In this document: piece after piece, positions 25,573-39,621 of the stretch
Layout of the letters: every line of letters starts with the position of its first letter
How positions within the stretch are numbered: the first letter of the stretch is position 1
Source of the DNA: Paramecium tetraurelia
Lineage: Eukaryota
Direction: 5' to 3'
Assembly (NCBI GenBank): GCA_000165425.1
Contig: CT868296.1
Location: 186,001 to 250,000, forward strand
Length of the DNA stretch: 64,000 nt
Notes under the pieces: generated by a model
Database searches by the model: none
Told to the model about the DNA's origin: nothing
What the model saw: only the letters and a program-made list of their open reading frames with translations
Made by a program: the position numbers and the translations under genes

Positions 25573-26795
25573 GTTATTTTTAAGTTGTTGGTTATTCAAC
25601 TTTAGTTTATTATTTTTATTATTATTCCTTTTTGGGCTATGAATTCTTCTTTGCTCCAACTATTTCCCATTCATCAGCGCTATCTACGGCTTCTTATTGC
25701 TATTTAGGTTATTTATTTTATTCCTATTTAGGTGGTTCAGTTTTTAATTTTTAATACTACTAAACTTAAGTTTTTTATTATTGTATTTTTTCTGGTTATT
25801 ATTAAACTTCTGCTTTTTCTGGTTTTCTTGTTTCCAATTTCTTTAAATAATCTTAAACTTCTTGATTAACAGCAGCATCTGATTCTTCTTTTGGTTTTTC
25901 CTCTAAGATCACTTCTTATTATCTAAAATGATTAAAGCTATAAATACTTTTCATATCCTTTTTTTTAATATAAATTTCCTTTATTTCCTTCAACATGCAT
26001 ACTCTTATTATCGCTTCTTTTTCTTTCAGTAGGCTTATTGTTTTGTTTTGATTATTATGGATTATTTGTATATGCCTTAGTAACTTTGACTTAAATAGGT
26101 TGTGCCACCAATGGCTTTGCCCATTATCCCATATCGATATTCTATTTAATTTTTGAGTAGTCTATTTCAAAATCAATTCCTTATTCTTCTTTTGGTTTGG
26201 ACTATTAAACTTTAGGTTCTTCTTATTTTTCGACTTTAGTGGGTGAATCTAGTGATTTTTATTTATTTTCTTCTTCTTGTTTTAATTTTTATGCTTCTTT
26301 TAATTTTGAATCAGCTTCTTTTTTTTTATTAACTGCTTATACAATCTTTTCGACTCTAACCAATTTATCTAAAGTTTCTAAAGCAACTTTAGTTTGCATA
26401 TTGATAGTGCCTTTAGTGATCAATTAATCAATTTCTGCTGATGTGTGAGGTCCTTATGACTTTTAATTTTCATCTAAGTAAAACCAAGCTTTTTTATTTG
26501 GATCACAAAGTCCGCTTTCGACAAAAATTGTAGAGGCAGGTTATGCAGGTTGTTTAGTAATTTTTTGAACTTTATTGTCTTTTTAGTAGTATTTAGGATG
26601 AGTGAATTTTTGATCTGGTTGAACTTCTATAAGCATTTCTTTTGCATCTAATTTAAGAGGGTATTAAACTCCTAAAGTTGAAGGTTATTAATTCTGAATG
26701 AGAAACAAGTCTTGATGTTGAGTGAGCAATTTTATGATGTTGGGATTGGGTTATTTGGCTGGATGATATTCAAGAAGAGTTGAAGGATTGCTCAT
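25163..26795 (-). CDS. GYF-domain protein with Gln-rich low-complexity C-terminus
   Basis: AWFYLDENQKSQGPHTSAEIDQLITKGTI (GYF/GYF_2 signature WxYxD..QGP); poly-Q tract; acidic WxxV motifs. Confidence 0.8.
25511..25576 (-). repeat. (TAA)n(TAG)n trinucleotide tract encoding 22 Gln
   Basis: In frame within the GYF gene: 21 TAA/TAG codons and 1 CAA. Confidence 0.9.
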
Positions 26796-26833
26796 TAAAA
26801 TTTAACACGTATATTTAATAGCAAAATAAAAAG

Positions 26834-27380
26834 TCAATTAAAACTGCAATTAAATAATTTCATTTTATCTTTTTTCATTGTCTTGAGCATATGTATAGAA
26901 CTAAATAAAAATATGCAACTACTTGAGAAGATAGAATGAACTATCAGTCTTTTATTCAATTGTCTTTTTAGGAGGATCAGTCTATTAGTTAATTTCTTCA
27001 ATTAAGGTTGTTTTCTTAATGGGGTTGAGTTAAAATTTTGGCTCGTCATTCATTTTTTTTCTGCTTTTACCTGAGGGAGGTTTTCGAAGGGCTCTTTCTC
27101 TAGTCTTGATGAAAACGAATTTTGCATCTTATTCTATGGTGGGATATAAGCGATCAATTAAATTGTCTGTAGGGTCATAAGTATTAGATTGAGAATAATT
27201 CAAAGGAATGATTTTTCTTTATCTGGATTGAGTTTTGGGTCTGGGTTTTTCATCTTACTCATAATAGGAATTGATTTATTAAAACAATTGAGAGATCAAT
27301 TAATGGTGAGAGGAATTTCGAGTATGAGAGTCGGTTGTTTTGGGTCTGATTTTGCTAAAAGTTTAATTCATGAAATTCAT
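26834..27380 (-). CDS. Hypothetical basic protein (~175 aa)
   Basis: MNFMNQTFSKIRPKTTDSHTRNSS...; one 22-nt GTA..TAG intron near 26901-26922; ends FNCSFN*. Confidence 0.55.
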
Positions 27381-27452
27381 TATTTATTATATTACTAACA
27401 TTCAATGCATTTAAAAATCTAAACTCATTTTAAAATTACATAATTTATTATT

Positions 27453-30400
27453 TCAATATGGCATAACTCCTTAACAAATTCTTTCCAATCGATTCAATTT
27501 TTACTATTCAAACTTTTTTAACTTCTCCATCTATTTCATTCTCTTAATGTCATCCTCACTTTCATTTTGAGTAAATTTCAAATTCTAATCTATTTCCTAC
27601 TGCTTCTTCTATCCTTGCTTAATGATGTTCACAACCAAAGGATTTTAATTCCTTATATTTTATTATTATTATTAATTTTCAGACTTAAGTAAATACTTTT
27701 TTGATTTTAATTGGTGAAGCAAATGAACAATTGCAATTCTTGGACTCTTCAAACAAACTGGACAATGATACTGAGCCTTCTCATCTAGGTTCAGACAATT
27801 AAAATGGAAGGTGTGACCACAAGCTAATACTATTATTGGCTGAAGTTATTAATCATAATCATAATAATTATAACATAAATAACAACCTGGTAAATAGCCT
27901 TATCCTTTCAATTACAAATGAACTAAAGTTCTCATGTTTTGAACGCATTTAATAAAATTGATATCGACCAATTTCGTATAAACGGTAGTAGAGAAATTGA
28001 TATGTGTATACATCGATAAAAATGTCATTTTAAGTTTAGCCGAACTTAACCTCATATATTTAGTTGTAATTTTATGAAGAAATGCATCTAAATGACTACA
28101 TTCTGCCCACTTCTTCAACAACAATGGAATATATTCCTCTAAATAGGATGGGTAAGGTTATGGCGTATATCTATTTTGTGACAGTTCCAAAATGCATTAA
28201 GTCACCATATCCCAGGATTCATCCAATTCATCTAGTTTCTTATTCCTAAAGCAAATGTTGCAAATTTCCAAAAAATACAAATAAAACTCACTCTAAATCA
28301 TTCAAATTAAATATATACTTTGCTTAAAAATGCTTTCTATTGTATTTTTTAAATAAAATCGTCTAATTTTACGCTGATTGCTTCCGTAATTGCCCCTGAT
28401 CTTTCAAGCAAATATACCAAAGCATCAGGAACAGGATATTATTTTAATACTCCAATTATATCATCTAAAGGATATTCTTATTCTTGTAGTTCCTTTAAAA
28501 CTTTCTCAGGTTTAATTTAACAGAGTAATTTTATATAAAGCTTTAACAAATCTGTATTAGATTAATACTATTTTCTATCAACTTACATTATTTATTCTAG
28601 ATATTCTAACTATAACTTAGGCAATTCCCCCATCTTATTGAGAATGCTGATGTCATTGGCTTAAAAATATTTAGAAATCAATGATCTAGTATGAATAGCA
28701 CTATATGAAACCAATGATCCAATGTGATGTAGAATTCTATCTCTAAAAGAGTCAATTTGTGGAATTGGAGGGTCTCTTGATAAGATTTTGGAAATCCAAG
28801 TAAAGATTTCAAATTTCACTTAGATATTAAATTGTTGTAATTGATTCTTGATTTTGATTCTGAAATCCAAAGCTCTACTATAACTTTTAAGTTCCTCATT
28901 TAAATACATTTTGACCCAATCAAATTATCCATCTGATGCCATCGAATTTAAAATATCTTCTTTATCAACTGATGTGTATTTCTTAAATAAATTGATTATA
29001 AATTAGTTGTATGCATAAATCAAACAATATTTGAGAGTGGGTTCATCATTATGTAAAATATTAGGCAAAGGTAAGCATTAAAGTGGTAAAAATATCAAAT
29101 GTCTATGTTCGCTAACTAAATCTAATAATAATTCAGTTAGTTATTTATTTTATAACTATTCTGTGTACCCCTTACTTAAAATGCTTGCTTGGATGGATCT
29201 ACCAACTTAATTGATCATCTTATCCCAACCAATTGCATCTGGCAATGTTTTAATTTACAATTAAGTTAATTGAAATTTTAAATCATTTTAATCTTTAATA
29301 GTCTTTAATTTTTGAAATGCTTAAGTCATATTAACATAATATTTCTTTAATCTTTCTTTATCTAAAAATTAATCATAAGGTGGTATAAAAAACTTGTAAC
29401 ATAACTAGACACAACCACCAAATTCTATACTCATTAATAAAAATAATGTTGGCACCTCAAATAACCATAAAGATATCTAATCAGACTTCTCTTTTATCAA
29501 TTATTCAATATGTAGAGTCTATTCTAAATAATGGATGATGCTTTTTCCTTATTCTATCACTACTGATGGATCCTTCTTTTTTATATCTTATTGAATGATT
29601 CCCCACAATTTTGCCAAAGGAGTTAGGAAGTCCCCAGACCTTGTGCAAACATAACTCAAACTTGTAGTTAGTTTATTTAAAAGGCAGAATTGTATCAATT
29701 ATTCAGTATTAATTTTTGAGTAATCGATTTTTTAAATGAAAGCCTCTATGCATTATTATTCTCCTTTTTGAACGTAATATGTCAAGATTTCATCTAATAA
29801 ATTAATAATAAATAGAATACTTATAGTTTATTCATTTGCATCTATGACTTTGACCTTTCCATTCTTGAGATATAAACTTAGTTCATTACAGATTATACTA
29901 ATGTCTCCATTTAAGAACTTCCTTATGATGCTATATATTTGATTAAATAGGATATCACTTGAAACTCTCAAAAGGAAGTCTACAAGCATTGAGAGCAGAG
30001 TCTTAACCTTTTCCACGTCTTGTTAATGACCAAATAAAGAAGTTGGAGTATAAATCAAGGTCTTATGTTTATCTAGTGTAGTTTTGATCTCCTCTAAAAC
30101 TACTTTTATGTAATGAGTAGCTATTTCCAATACCTTCTTTTTTAAAACCTACATGTTAAATTTGATTGGAGTGGATTTCATACTTCCATCCATCAAAGCC
30201 AAAATCAATAACATTCCCTTAGCCCAATCTTTATTCTATATAAAAATATCAATAGATTATTCTAAATTATTTATACTGCCTGTTACAATTGATCCTTCCA
30301 CCAATATATGGATTTGCCTTGTCTGCTTGTTTAACGTATATATCTAATATTGTAAAGGGTATTATTTGTATGCAATTCCTTCATCTTTGCACAAGACTTC

Positions 30401-31689
30401 AACTTAATAAAGGGAAGTGAAGGGTGAATCAGGCCAATTCTTTTTTTAAATGAAATATGGGATTTATTCTATTCCTTTTGGAACCACATGCAATTCCAAA
30501 TGAAGTGTATTAAACAAGTATATATTTTGATTTGCAGTAATAACTTCTATAATTGATTATTCAACAAAATAAGCTGCATGTATTTGCTATTTAAAAATCA
30601 ATGGTTTAAGTGTCATATATCTCGCCTAATCTTGGCTTCTAATTAATATGAACATATGGCAATTCCAACACAGTAAAATTATTAGTCGCTTTTCCTTCCA
30701 TTACTCTTCTTATTCCTAATTTGGAGGAGGTAAGACTCCGTAACCACAAGACAGATAGCAATAGAAAGGTTTTTCTGGAGCTGAAACATGCGGGTTCTCT
30801 ATCTCTATGATTGATTTCAATTTTTTTTCATCATCCTTATAGACTGTGATAAGGTAAAATTTGCTTAACGAACACAATCCAATTATTCTACTAGACTTTT
30901 CATATAGGTCTCCCATAAATTCCTTAGTTTCATTTTTATACAACACTACAATGTTTAGCATTGGAAACTATTAACGTGGTATTGTCAATTATATTTCATA
31001 ATCGAATCCTAACATTCCTTTTCGAAAATTTACTATTCTAATGACTCCCACATCATCTGAAGTAACCACATTGTAAAATTTCTTAGATTAAAAAATGAAT
31101 TTCAACACTATTATTTTCGATTTAGTAATGTTCTAACATGTACATAAATGCTTCTTTTTTTTCATATTTATTATGCTAATCCATCCACTCTCATACCCAA
31201 CAGCCACTAATTCATTTAATGAGTCTAAAGCTGTGACAGCTCCTATCTTCTATTACTAAATTATGATATCCATCTATTATTAAGAATAATATAGAATATT
31301 TCCCAAAGATCCACCCACTAACAAAAATTCTCCATTGTGATGAACTACTTTTGGTTTTCCGAAATTCTTCACTACTTGTGGATTAGAAAATATCAATATT
31401 TACTAAAAAGACAGAGTGTTATCAATTTTGTTTTTTAAGGAATCCCTAAGAAAATCCAAAGGTGTCTTGAAATTTTTCTATGCTATAAAATTAAAGATAG
31501 GTTACTTTATTTCTCTTATTTTGCTTTATTTCGAAATTTTTCCTAAATTTCTAAACCTGCATCCAATAAATCAACAATGGATTTTGTTCTGATTGATGAT
31601 TCTACATCTTCATCAAAGACTGAATAATATTAAACAAGGAGTTAGAATTCTTTAGAATGATCGCAATTATCAAATGTAAAAATCTCCAT
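27453..31689 (-). CDS. VPS8: Vacuolar protein sorting 8 homolog (CORVET subunit)
   Basis: N-terminal propeller (GAVTALDSLNELVAVGYESG; VVTSDDVG), Vps8 core (IDYSKINTEQLIQFC..LSYVCTRSGDFLTPL), clathrin-repeat-like helices (YIKLLCQIKPEKV..ALVYLLERSG), C-terminal RING-H2 (LACGHTFHFNCL..CPVC). Confidence 0.8.
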
Positions 31690-31752
31690 TATGTGAATAT
31701 ATAATATTAAACAAAAATCTATGTATTATTTTATTGTATTTTTATATAGAAT

Positions 31753-34700
31753 TCATTACCCTTGAGTCATTTTTTTCAACTCACTTTCTGTTGCGAAAAA
31801 TCCAGCCAATTTACCCACAAATCCACTTGGTTTTTAAGAATTTGCATTCTTTTATTTGAATTCAAGTTATTCTTTATATTCATCTCTTTGGGCAGTCAAT
31901 TACAAAATTTTTGAATTTAAGCCTGCTATTTCTTATTCCATTCTCTACAACTTCAGATTTTATTCAACAATAAATTCCTTTGTATCTTCAATCTTAGATG
32001 ATGTCTATTATTACTTCTCAATTTATGATGACAACTGATCCTTTTCAATCTAAGAAATAAACTATAATAATTACAATTAGCTCTTGATATTTAACCTTTA
32101 ATTTCTAATATTCTTATTCATTTTAAAGATAATTATTCATTTGTTGCTCTTACTCTTAAATTTATTTATTCAATTGATCAACTAATTTTAACTTCTAAGC
32201 ATACAATTACTTTAAATTAGTATTTTCATCCTATAGAGTTTAAAATTAATTATGAGATTACTTCAATTAACTTACATCATATTCTTTTGATCTTAACTCA
32301 GCTATTGTATTTAAAGCTTGTTCATATTGAATTTTTAATTCTTCATTATCTGCTTCCTTCTAAGATCTCTCCTATTCAACTACACCTAATTCTTCAAGCA
32401 ATTTTGAAATCTAATCTGTTAAATCCTAGTTTTCTTATTCCAAATTACGATATTCTTATTAATCAACTTTGTTGGATGGCTGTTGTTGGCTCTATTGATC
32501 AGATAATTTTTATTGAATCTCCTCTATTTTTTAAGTTAATTATGAATTTAAATTACTATAATGTTCTACTTATTAAGATAACTAAGTAATTTGACTATTT
32601 AATGTAACTCTCTCTTCATTAAAAGATGTAATCTGCAATTTTAATTATTGTTTTTCAATCTCAGTTTCCTATTATTGTTATGATCTTTCATTTTAGGCAT
32701 ATTATTATAAATTTGCAAGTTCTTAGGAGTTAACTGAATTTTGGTGTTATAAATTGTGTAAACTGGTTTCTAATTATATTATCACTTCTTTTTTTCCATT
32801 CAACTCTATTGTGTGCTACTATTATATTTAAGCAATTTCTACAGCATTGTTATCTTTTATTTGTCTTATGTTTTCAGTTAATTCTTCAATTTATTCTGTC
32901 AATTAATTAATTTAGTTAACTTTATTATGAATCTCTTCTTGAAGTTATTATTGTAAATCAGTTTGGTTCTAATTTTAGTTTTACTCTTCTATTTGTTCAT
33001 TCAATTGAAGAATCAAATTTTCAAATTGTTATTACATTTATTTAAGTTATTCAACTTCATTTTTTGAATCAAGCAACTATTAATTTAACAAGTCTATTTC
33101 TTATTATAATGAATCATTTTAATGTTTACTATTTTCATGTGAAATTTTCAATTCATCATATAAATTTTATACTATTTATAACTGATTTTCGTGTTGTTGT
33201 ATTTGATTCTATAATTATTATTTAGTTTAACTCAATTCTTCCTATTATTATAATATAAAATCATATTCTTGTTCTTTTTATTAGTATTTCTCAATTTATT
33301 CAATCAAATTTTAATTTTCTTATTATTGCTCTTCAAATAAATTCATTTATTGACTCAATTATTCAGTAATCTACTCAACCTAAGTTTATAATTCAAGGAT
33401 TTTATGTTAATTCTAATCCCTTTATTACTCTAATTATTTCTTTTCTAATTCAATTAATTTATCTGAATTTTATATAGAATGTTGCAGTGTTTTTTTCTCT
33501 TGATCTAATCTTATTATTTGTTCTTATAATTCTTTTGAATTTAATGAATATTTTTCAATTTCCTTCTCCTTATCATGAATTTATTTTTTCAGAAATTCAT
33601 GCTCAATTTTAGATTGCTAAAGACTTTTCTCCAAATCTGTTGTTTATTCATTATGTTCAAGTATTTTATTCCTCAATTACGACTAGAATTCTTATTGTTG
33701 ATTTATCAATTGTAAATTAGTCTAGAATAATTAATCTTCACATTATTTTAATTCATTTAAAACTACTGACTTTTAATCATTCACTTCTGCTATTTTCTAT
33801 TCATATTCTTGGCATATAAGAGCAATTTCTTTCTTTGATGATACAACATCGTTGATATAGTTATTGATTTATTTTTCTTATTAAGCAACTATTGATTCTA
33901 AAGAGGATTTTTATAGATTTATCTAAAAGATTTAAGCTTTATAATCTTATAGAATAGATAAATGACCTTATTCTTTTTAGAGCTTTTACTTTTAATATTC
34001 TCTCCTATATGAATGGCACAATGTTTAGATGTCTAATTTGGTCTCAATCTATCTAACTTCTAAAGATCCTAAGAATTTGAATCCAACATTAATCTCAGTA
34101 CTAATCTCATATACAAGTTATTTTAGATTTTGAATCTCTGACTTGGCGATTTCTAAATCAAACTGTAATTAATCTTTAATTTATCTTAGTTCAGCACACT
34201 CTTAATCGTTAATTAGTAATTGAGATTACTCTAATTGAGAATTCATCATTTAAATATCTTCATCATATTGTCTTCTCAATTTCTCATTTTATTTTATATA
34301 CATGTCTTTATCTCTTTGAAGACTTTGAACCTATCTTTTATATACTTCTTTCTCTTTTTACAGATTTTTGATTTGCAAATCTTATTATTTAATGTTAAAA
34401 TCAAGTTACTTAATATACTATTAATAGTTTTTCTTTTCTTCACCTTAGCTTTCTAACTATTTCTTGAAGGCATTAGTACAGTTCACAAACTCCTCTAGTT
34501 TTCTCAACAAATCATTTATTAGTAATTGCTATTATTACACATACAGATCTTTATTCTATATTTCTTATTATTATTATTCAAGAAGTTCAGTCATATCGGA
34601 TAATTCTTCATTCTGCTCTTGTATAATTTAGGTCAAGTATTCGTTGCTACTAATAGGAAAATCGATGATTTAAGGAGGAACAAAAACATGAGTCTAGTTT

Positions 34701-35497
34701 TTTAATAAATTTAAATTGAACTATTACAAGTCTAAGCTTATATTTTAAGGTTGGAATAGTTTAAGATATTTCATATTTTAATCTAAATTGTCCATATAAT
34801 TCTAAGGTAAAAGTGCTTTTGGAAGAGTTTGAATAAAGTTATTGCATGAATCATAATTTAGGATCAGCTAATTATATGCTTTACATAATTCTTATAATTG
34901 TGATGAAAGTTCTTTATTTTCTGTTGCTAATTATAAAACCTATTATTAAAGCACCACTAACTGTTGATTATTTACATGATGGTTAGATTGTTGTATTTCT
35001 GGTTGATTGGATATCTAATTTGCTTTTGGTTAGCTGACTGCAATTTGTGGATTATTTTAAGTATTTCTTTATTGTGATGATTCATTTTACTCTAATTATT
35101 TCTCTTATTCAGGTTGCTTTTCCAATTATTTTGGTTAGTCCTATTGTTATTAATTTAAAGTCTAATTGTTATTTGTTTAAGCAGGAATGGCAACTGGTGG
35201 CACTTATTTAATTGAATGGTCTTTCTATTATCTCTGTTGCTTTCCTCTTAAATGAGGATTCTATGGCTTCAAATATTCCTTGACTTCTCCAGGAGGAATC
35301 TATTCCTCAAATTTAGGCTCTGGCTTCTTCTCTGAATAAGCTTCCTTTCCTGGGTATTCATACACTCCTTTTTCTTTATTAAATACAATTTGAGTGTTGG
35401 GTGGTAGAATGACTTTGGTTGCTCCTCCTCCTCCACCTTGGAATACAGCTAACAACGATTTTAAAGGGGACTTTGATTCTCTCTTTTAAGAAGACAT
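31753..35497 (-). CDS. Large Gln/Glu-rich coiled-coil (golgin-like) protein
   Basis: MSSQKRESKSPLKSLLAVFQGGGGATKVILPP..., >1000 aa heptad-rich region, ends GFVGKLAGFFATESELKKMTQGQ*. Confidence 0.75.
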
Positions 35498-35561
35498 TGC
35501 ACGTGTAAACTATATATGTTGAATAATTAAATATGAATATTAGTTACTATCATTTATTCAT

Positions 35562-37199
35562 TCATTCATAATCTAATTTGAATAAAACTATTTTATTATC
35601 TTGATTCCACCATGCCAGATATTCTCCATTTTATGATAAAGCTGAAAAATGGATATTATTCTTATTTTATATGCTATCACCAATGATTTTAAAATTCTTA
35701 TCAGCCTATTATCTAATAAAATAAACAAATTGACTATGTTTCAATATCATAATATTTTTGGTCTCGTTGTATTAAATTGGTGACAATCCAACTTTGTCTG
35801 AAGGTTCACTACAATTCAATTAGAGTTGTTAAAACTCTTAGAAAATATTATCTTTCTCTTCATAAACAATACAAATCCCTACATTTGAAGGTTAAAAAAT
35901 CAAATAATTATTATAAAAACTTATCCTATAACCAAAGTCAAATTGTGATATCATGATATTTTGCTTATAATTCCATTAGGCTTACTCTTTTGAATATTCC
36001 CATATAATTACGCATGTTAATCGACTGCAACATGCCAACCTATCCTCTGATTTATTGAGAGTTAGAGAAAATATAGATCCTGAATTTGTGTTAATCTTTT
36101 CCTGTTTGTAGACTACATTTTGGGCGAAATTTAAATTCCATATTATGATACTTTCATCCTCGCTACATGAAAATAGAAGATCTTCATTTTAGTTCAGTAA
36201 GAGACCGAAAACAGTTTTTCTATGTACATTTAATTCAACATATTTCTCCCATCGAGAATCTTGGAATTTCCATATTATAACTCCACCAGTTGATATCCCT
36301 GTTACCAGCCAATTCTAATTTTTACTAAAAATTATTGAATAAACTTAGTTCTCATGATTTAATTTTTATATATTTTCTTCTAACTTTTTATTCTCGACAT
36401 TATATATATGCACATTATTTTCTTAAGTTGAGATTGCTAAGAATTTGCATTCGTAATCAAAAGAAAGAGCAACACAATACTAGCAGTAAATCTCGCTTAT
36501 TTTATTATGTTGAAGTGGTCTATCCCTAATAATTTTTATTCTTGATATTCTTTAAATATTATTTTCAATTAATTGATTTTCCCTCTCCTGATCTCGATTA
36601 TTATATTAAGTAAATTAATGGACTATATTAGAAATAGACTCTTCTACTTTTTTCATTTCGTTTTTAAATTTGATTTAATATGCAATCCTAATCTTTGTGA
36701 GTGTTTTATGGAATTCCTCAAATATGAGATTATTTTGATTATATTTATTTTCTTTAATTCTTATATATTATTATGCTACCTCATCTATTTCATCCATTAT
36801 GTTAAATTATATATTAGAGCTTAAATTATCAAGCTCACAGTTGCATTAATCAATCAAATTTCCAGTCTCATTTAATATCTAATATAATTATGTTTGAAAA
36901 TCTACAAGGTTAAGTTTTATCTTCTCTAATAACTTTTTTTCCGACGTTATTTATTCAAAACGATACTCTTCGATATTTTTATATTGTTCTTTTATTGCTT
37001 AAATTACATGAGAGACCCCCATGCTCTCACGCACACCCCCCTAAAAATTATAAATACAAAATCCGCATAACAAGCGATTCTTCTTTTCAATCCCTTCTTA
37101 TTTTTTCAGATCTATTTCTAAAATTGGTGAGTTTTTATGTTTCTCTCCATATTCACACCTAAGGTTTTCTATTAAAGCATCTATATCTATAATTGACAT
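35562..37199 (-). CDS. WD40-repeat protein with N-terminal Cys/His motif (expanded Paramecium family)
   Basis: N-terminal C..H..LLCGFC; WD repeats FSKNQNWLVTG..IIWK and LNQNEDLLFSCSEDESIIIWN; ends LSQNGEYLAWW..DYE*. Confidence 0.85.
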
Positions 37200-37669
37200 A
37201 TAATAGAATTTGAATAATTTTAATATTAGTTTATATCAAAATTCTTGAATATTATTATGCCTACACCTCGAATCAAATTATAAATGTATCATTAAATAGA
37301 TATATGGCAATTGATGAGGTTTAATTTAGGATTAATATCAATTAAAAACATATCCTTGTTTTCTAAAAATTAATTGCAGATGTTTATCTATTAAAAAAAA
37401 ACAAAACCAATAAAAGTTCATTTATAAACCTATTTAAGTCCAAATATTTAATAAAATACTTACTTATTAATTATAAAAAAAGATCCAGTAAGATTAATAA
37501 AATCTTGAGGTTATGCTCTATGCTCTATTTTATAATAATCTCTTAGATGCTGATTTCCTAAATGGTTTTGAGTAAGAATATTACACTAAATTTAGTTTAT
37601 AATTTTTAATTATAAGAGAAACTTAGAGAAAAGTTGTGGAATATTTTTTTAATTTATTATAAAGGAAGC

Positions 37670-39367
37670 ATGAATTAAAATATTTAAGTATGTCGTATGA
37701 TTGATTCACCTGAATCTATAATATGTAATAAACACAATGAAAAAGTTGAATTCGTTTTGCTCAATAATGACATACATGGAAATGATAAACTTTTATGTAA
37801 GGGATGTTTTTATGAATTTTCTGGTGTAAAATAAGTTTATAGCATATTTGAGGCTGCGAATAAATTATAAGAGATGAAAAATTTGGAATATTAGGGTTAA
37901 AAGGCTATGATATTAGATTAACTGCAGCAAATTATTATTCATATTGAGGATATGATCACATTCCAGGGTAGCTTTCAATAATATGCCTCCAATATATTAG
38001 AGGTGATGAACAACTGGAAACTTGAATTAGGGAATAAATTAATTGCAATTTCTTAATACAAATTTTAAGACGAATTAGATAGATTTAACGATAGTACTTT
38101 AACTTCTAAAAATGATGATTAAATATTACAATTTATTTAGTAATCAAAATGGTAATATTCGGAAAAGATTTAGAATAACTTAACTAATATATAGCTTTTA
38201 ACAACAAATAACTAAACTTTTTTAAATCTCTTGGAGTTTGTTAAAAAATAATAAGAATTTGAATCAGTTTAGAGGCTAAACCAGTAATCATATTACTCGG
38301 ATCGATTTGATAGTTTATTTATAGCTAGAGAGGATAGTAATGGCCCACGTGTTATTTTTCAAAGCCAAAATCAACCAGACCATGATATGAAAATATCATT
38401 AAAATTAAGCCAAACCTTCCCATAAAAAGATACCGTTTTATCGATATCATTTAGCCATGATGATTCATTACTTGCTTCAGCTTGTAATAATGAAATTAAA
38501 TTATGGTAATTTTAAGATGGAAAAGTATGCGATTGTATCGGTACTCTAGAAGGGCATACATAACAAATTTTTACTTTAGCATTTAGTAAAAACAAAAATT
38601 GGTTATTTTCAGCAGGAAAAGACATGTCAATTATTTTATGGAAACCAAAAATATTTTTATTTAATTTTATTATTACGACTAAACAATAATAACTAAATGC
38701 TCACAAGGATTACATTCTGCAATTAATATTAAATAACAAAGAAAATTAATTGATCTCTTGTAGCTCAGACACTAAAATTTCCATTTGGTCTGTAAATTAT
38801 AGATAAAATACTATTTAATTTTAATAATCTTTAGAAAGACATGGCGGCCCTGTGATTTCTATTTGTCTGAATCAAAGCAACAATTTGCTGGTATCTAGTG
38901 GTTTAGATAGATAAATAATTGTTTGGAGTTAAAACAACAATAAGGAATGGGTGTTTCAACAAGTAATAAGTAAATTAACAAATGATTTTGGTTATAGAAT
39001 AAGCTTTATTTCAGATGTATCTATAGTTTGGTAATCATTCAAAATGGGATTAACTCATATATTTAAATAGGAAGATGGTACCTTCAAAGAGCTATTAGAT
39101 TATAGAATATAACTTTCAAAGAAGGCTGAAAATGATGGAGATTACTCATTTCCATCAATATTCAATTCTAATAAATAAATCTTAATTTAAAAACATTGTA
39201 ATCGTATTCATTTTTTGACTCTAAACTCATAAACTTAATTAAAAGTTTAATAAGAATAAATCATCTTAAATAATTAACAAAGCTATGGAAATTTATCAAA
39301 CGATGGTAAATATTTAGTCCTTTGGTGCGATCAAAAGTTTTTGTTATATGAAATATGCTATGAATGA
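37670..39367 (+). CDS. WD40-repeat protein with N-terminal Cys/His motif (paralog of the neighbour)
   Basis: CNKHNEK..LLCKGC; LEGHTQQIFTLAFSKNKNWLFSAGKDMSIILWK; LISCSSDTKISIWS; ends LSNDGKYLVLW..CYE*. Confidence 0.9.
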
Positions 39368-39621
39368 ATCTCAATACCTTATGAAGCATTAATATTTATA
39401 TATTTAAAAATATGAATATACCTTTTATCAAGAATAGTTAATAAAATTTAAAAGCTTATAGCAAAAATAAAGCAATATGAATTTTTTATTAAGATTGAGT
39501 TAATACTTAATTGCATATTCTATTTATGAATGAGTTGATTTTTATTGCTATTTAGGGAGTTGTCATCTAATAAACAATTCTGTTATTTACATAGATAATA
39601 TAAGATTTATTAAATAAATTA

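Noticed and set aside
25213..25659. Poly-Asn/poly-Ser protein in the ORF track
   Set aside because: It is an off-frame reading of the poly-Gln tract in the GYF gene.
26795..26925. Possible in-frame fusion of the 27380 gene with the GYF gene
   Set aside because: A canonical 22-nt intron gives the upstream gene its own TGA at 26836-26834, followed by an AT-rich spacer.
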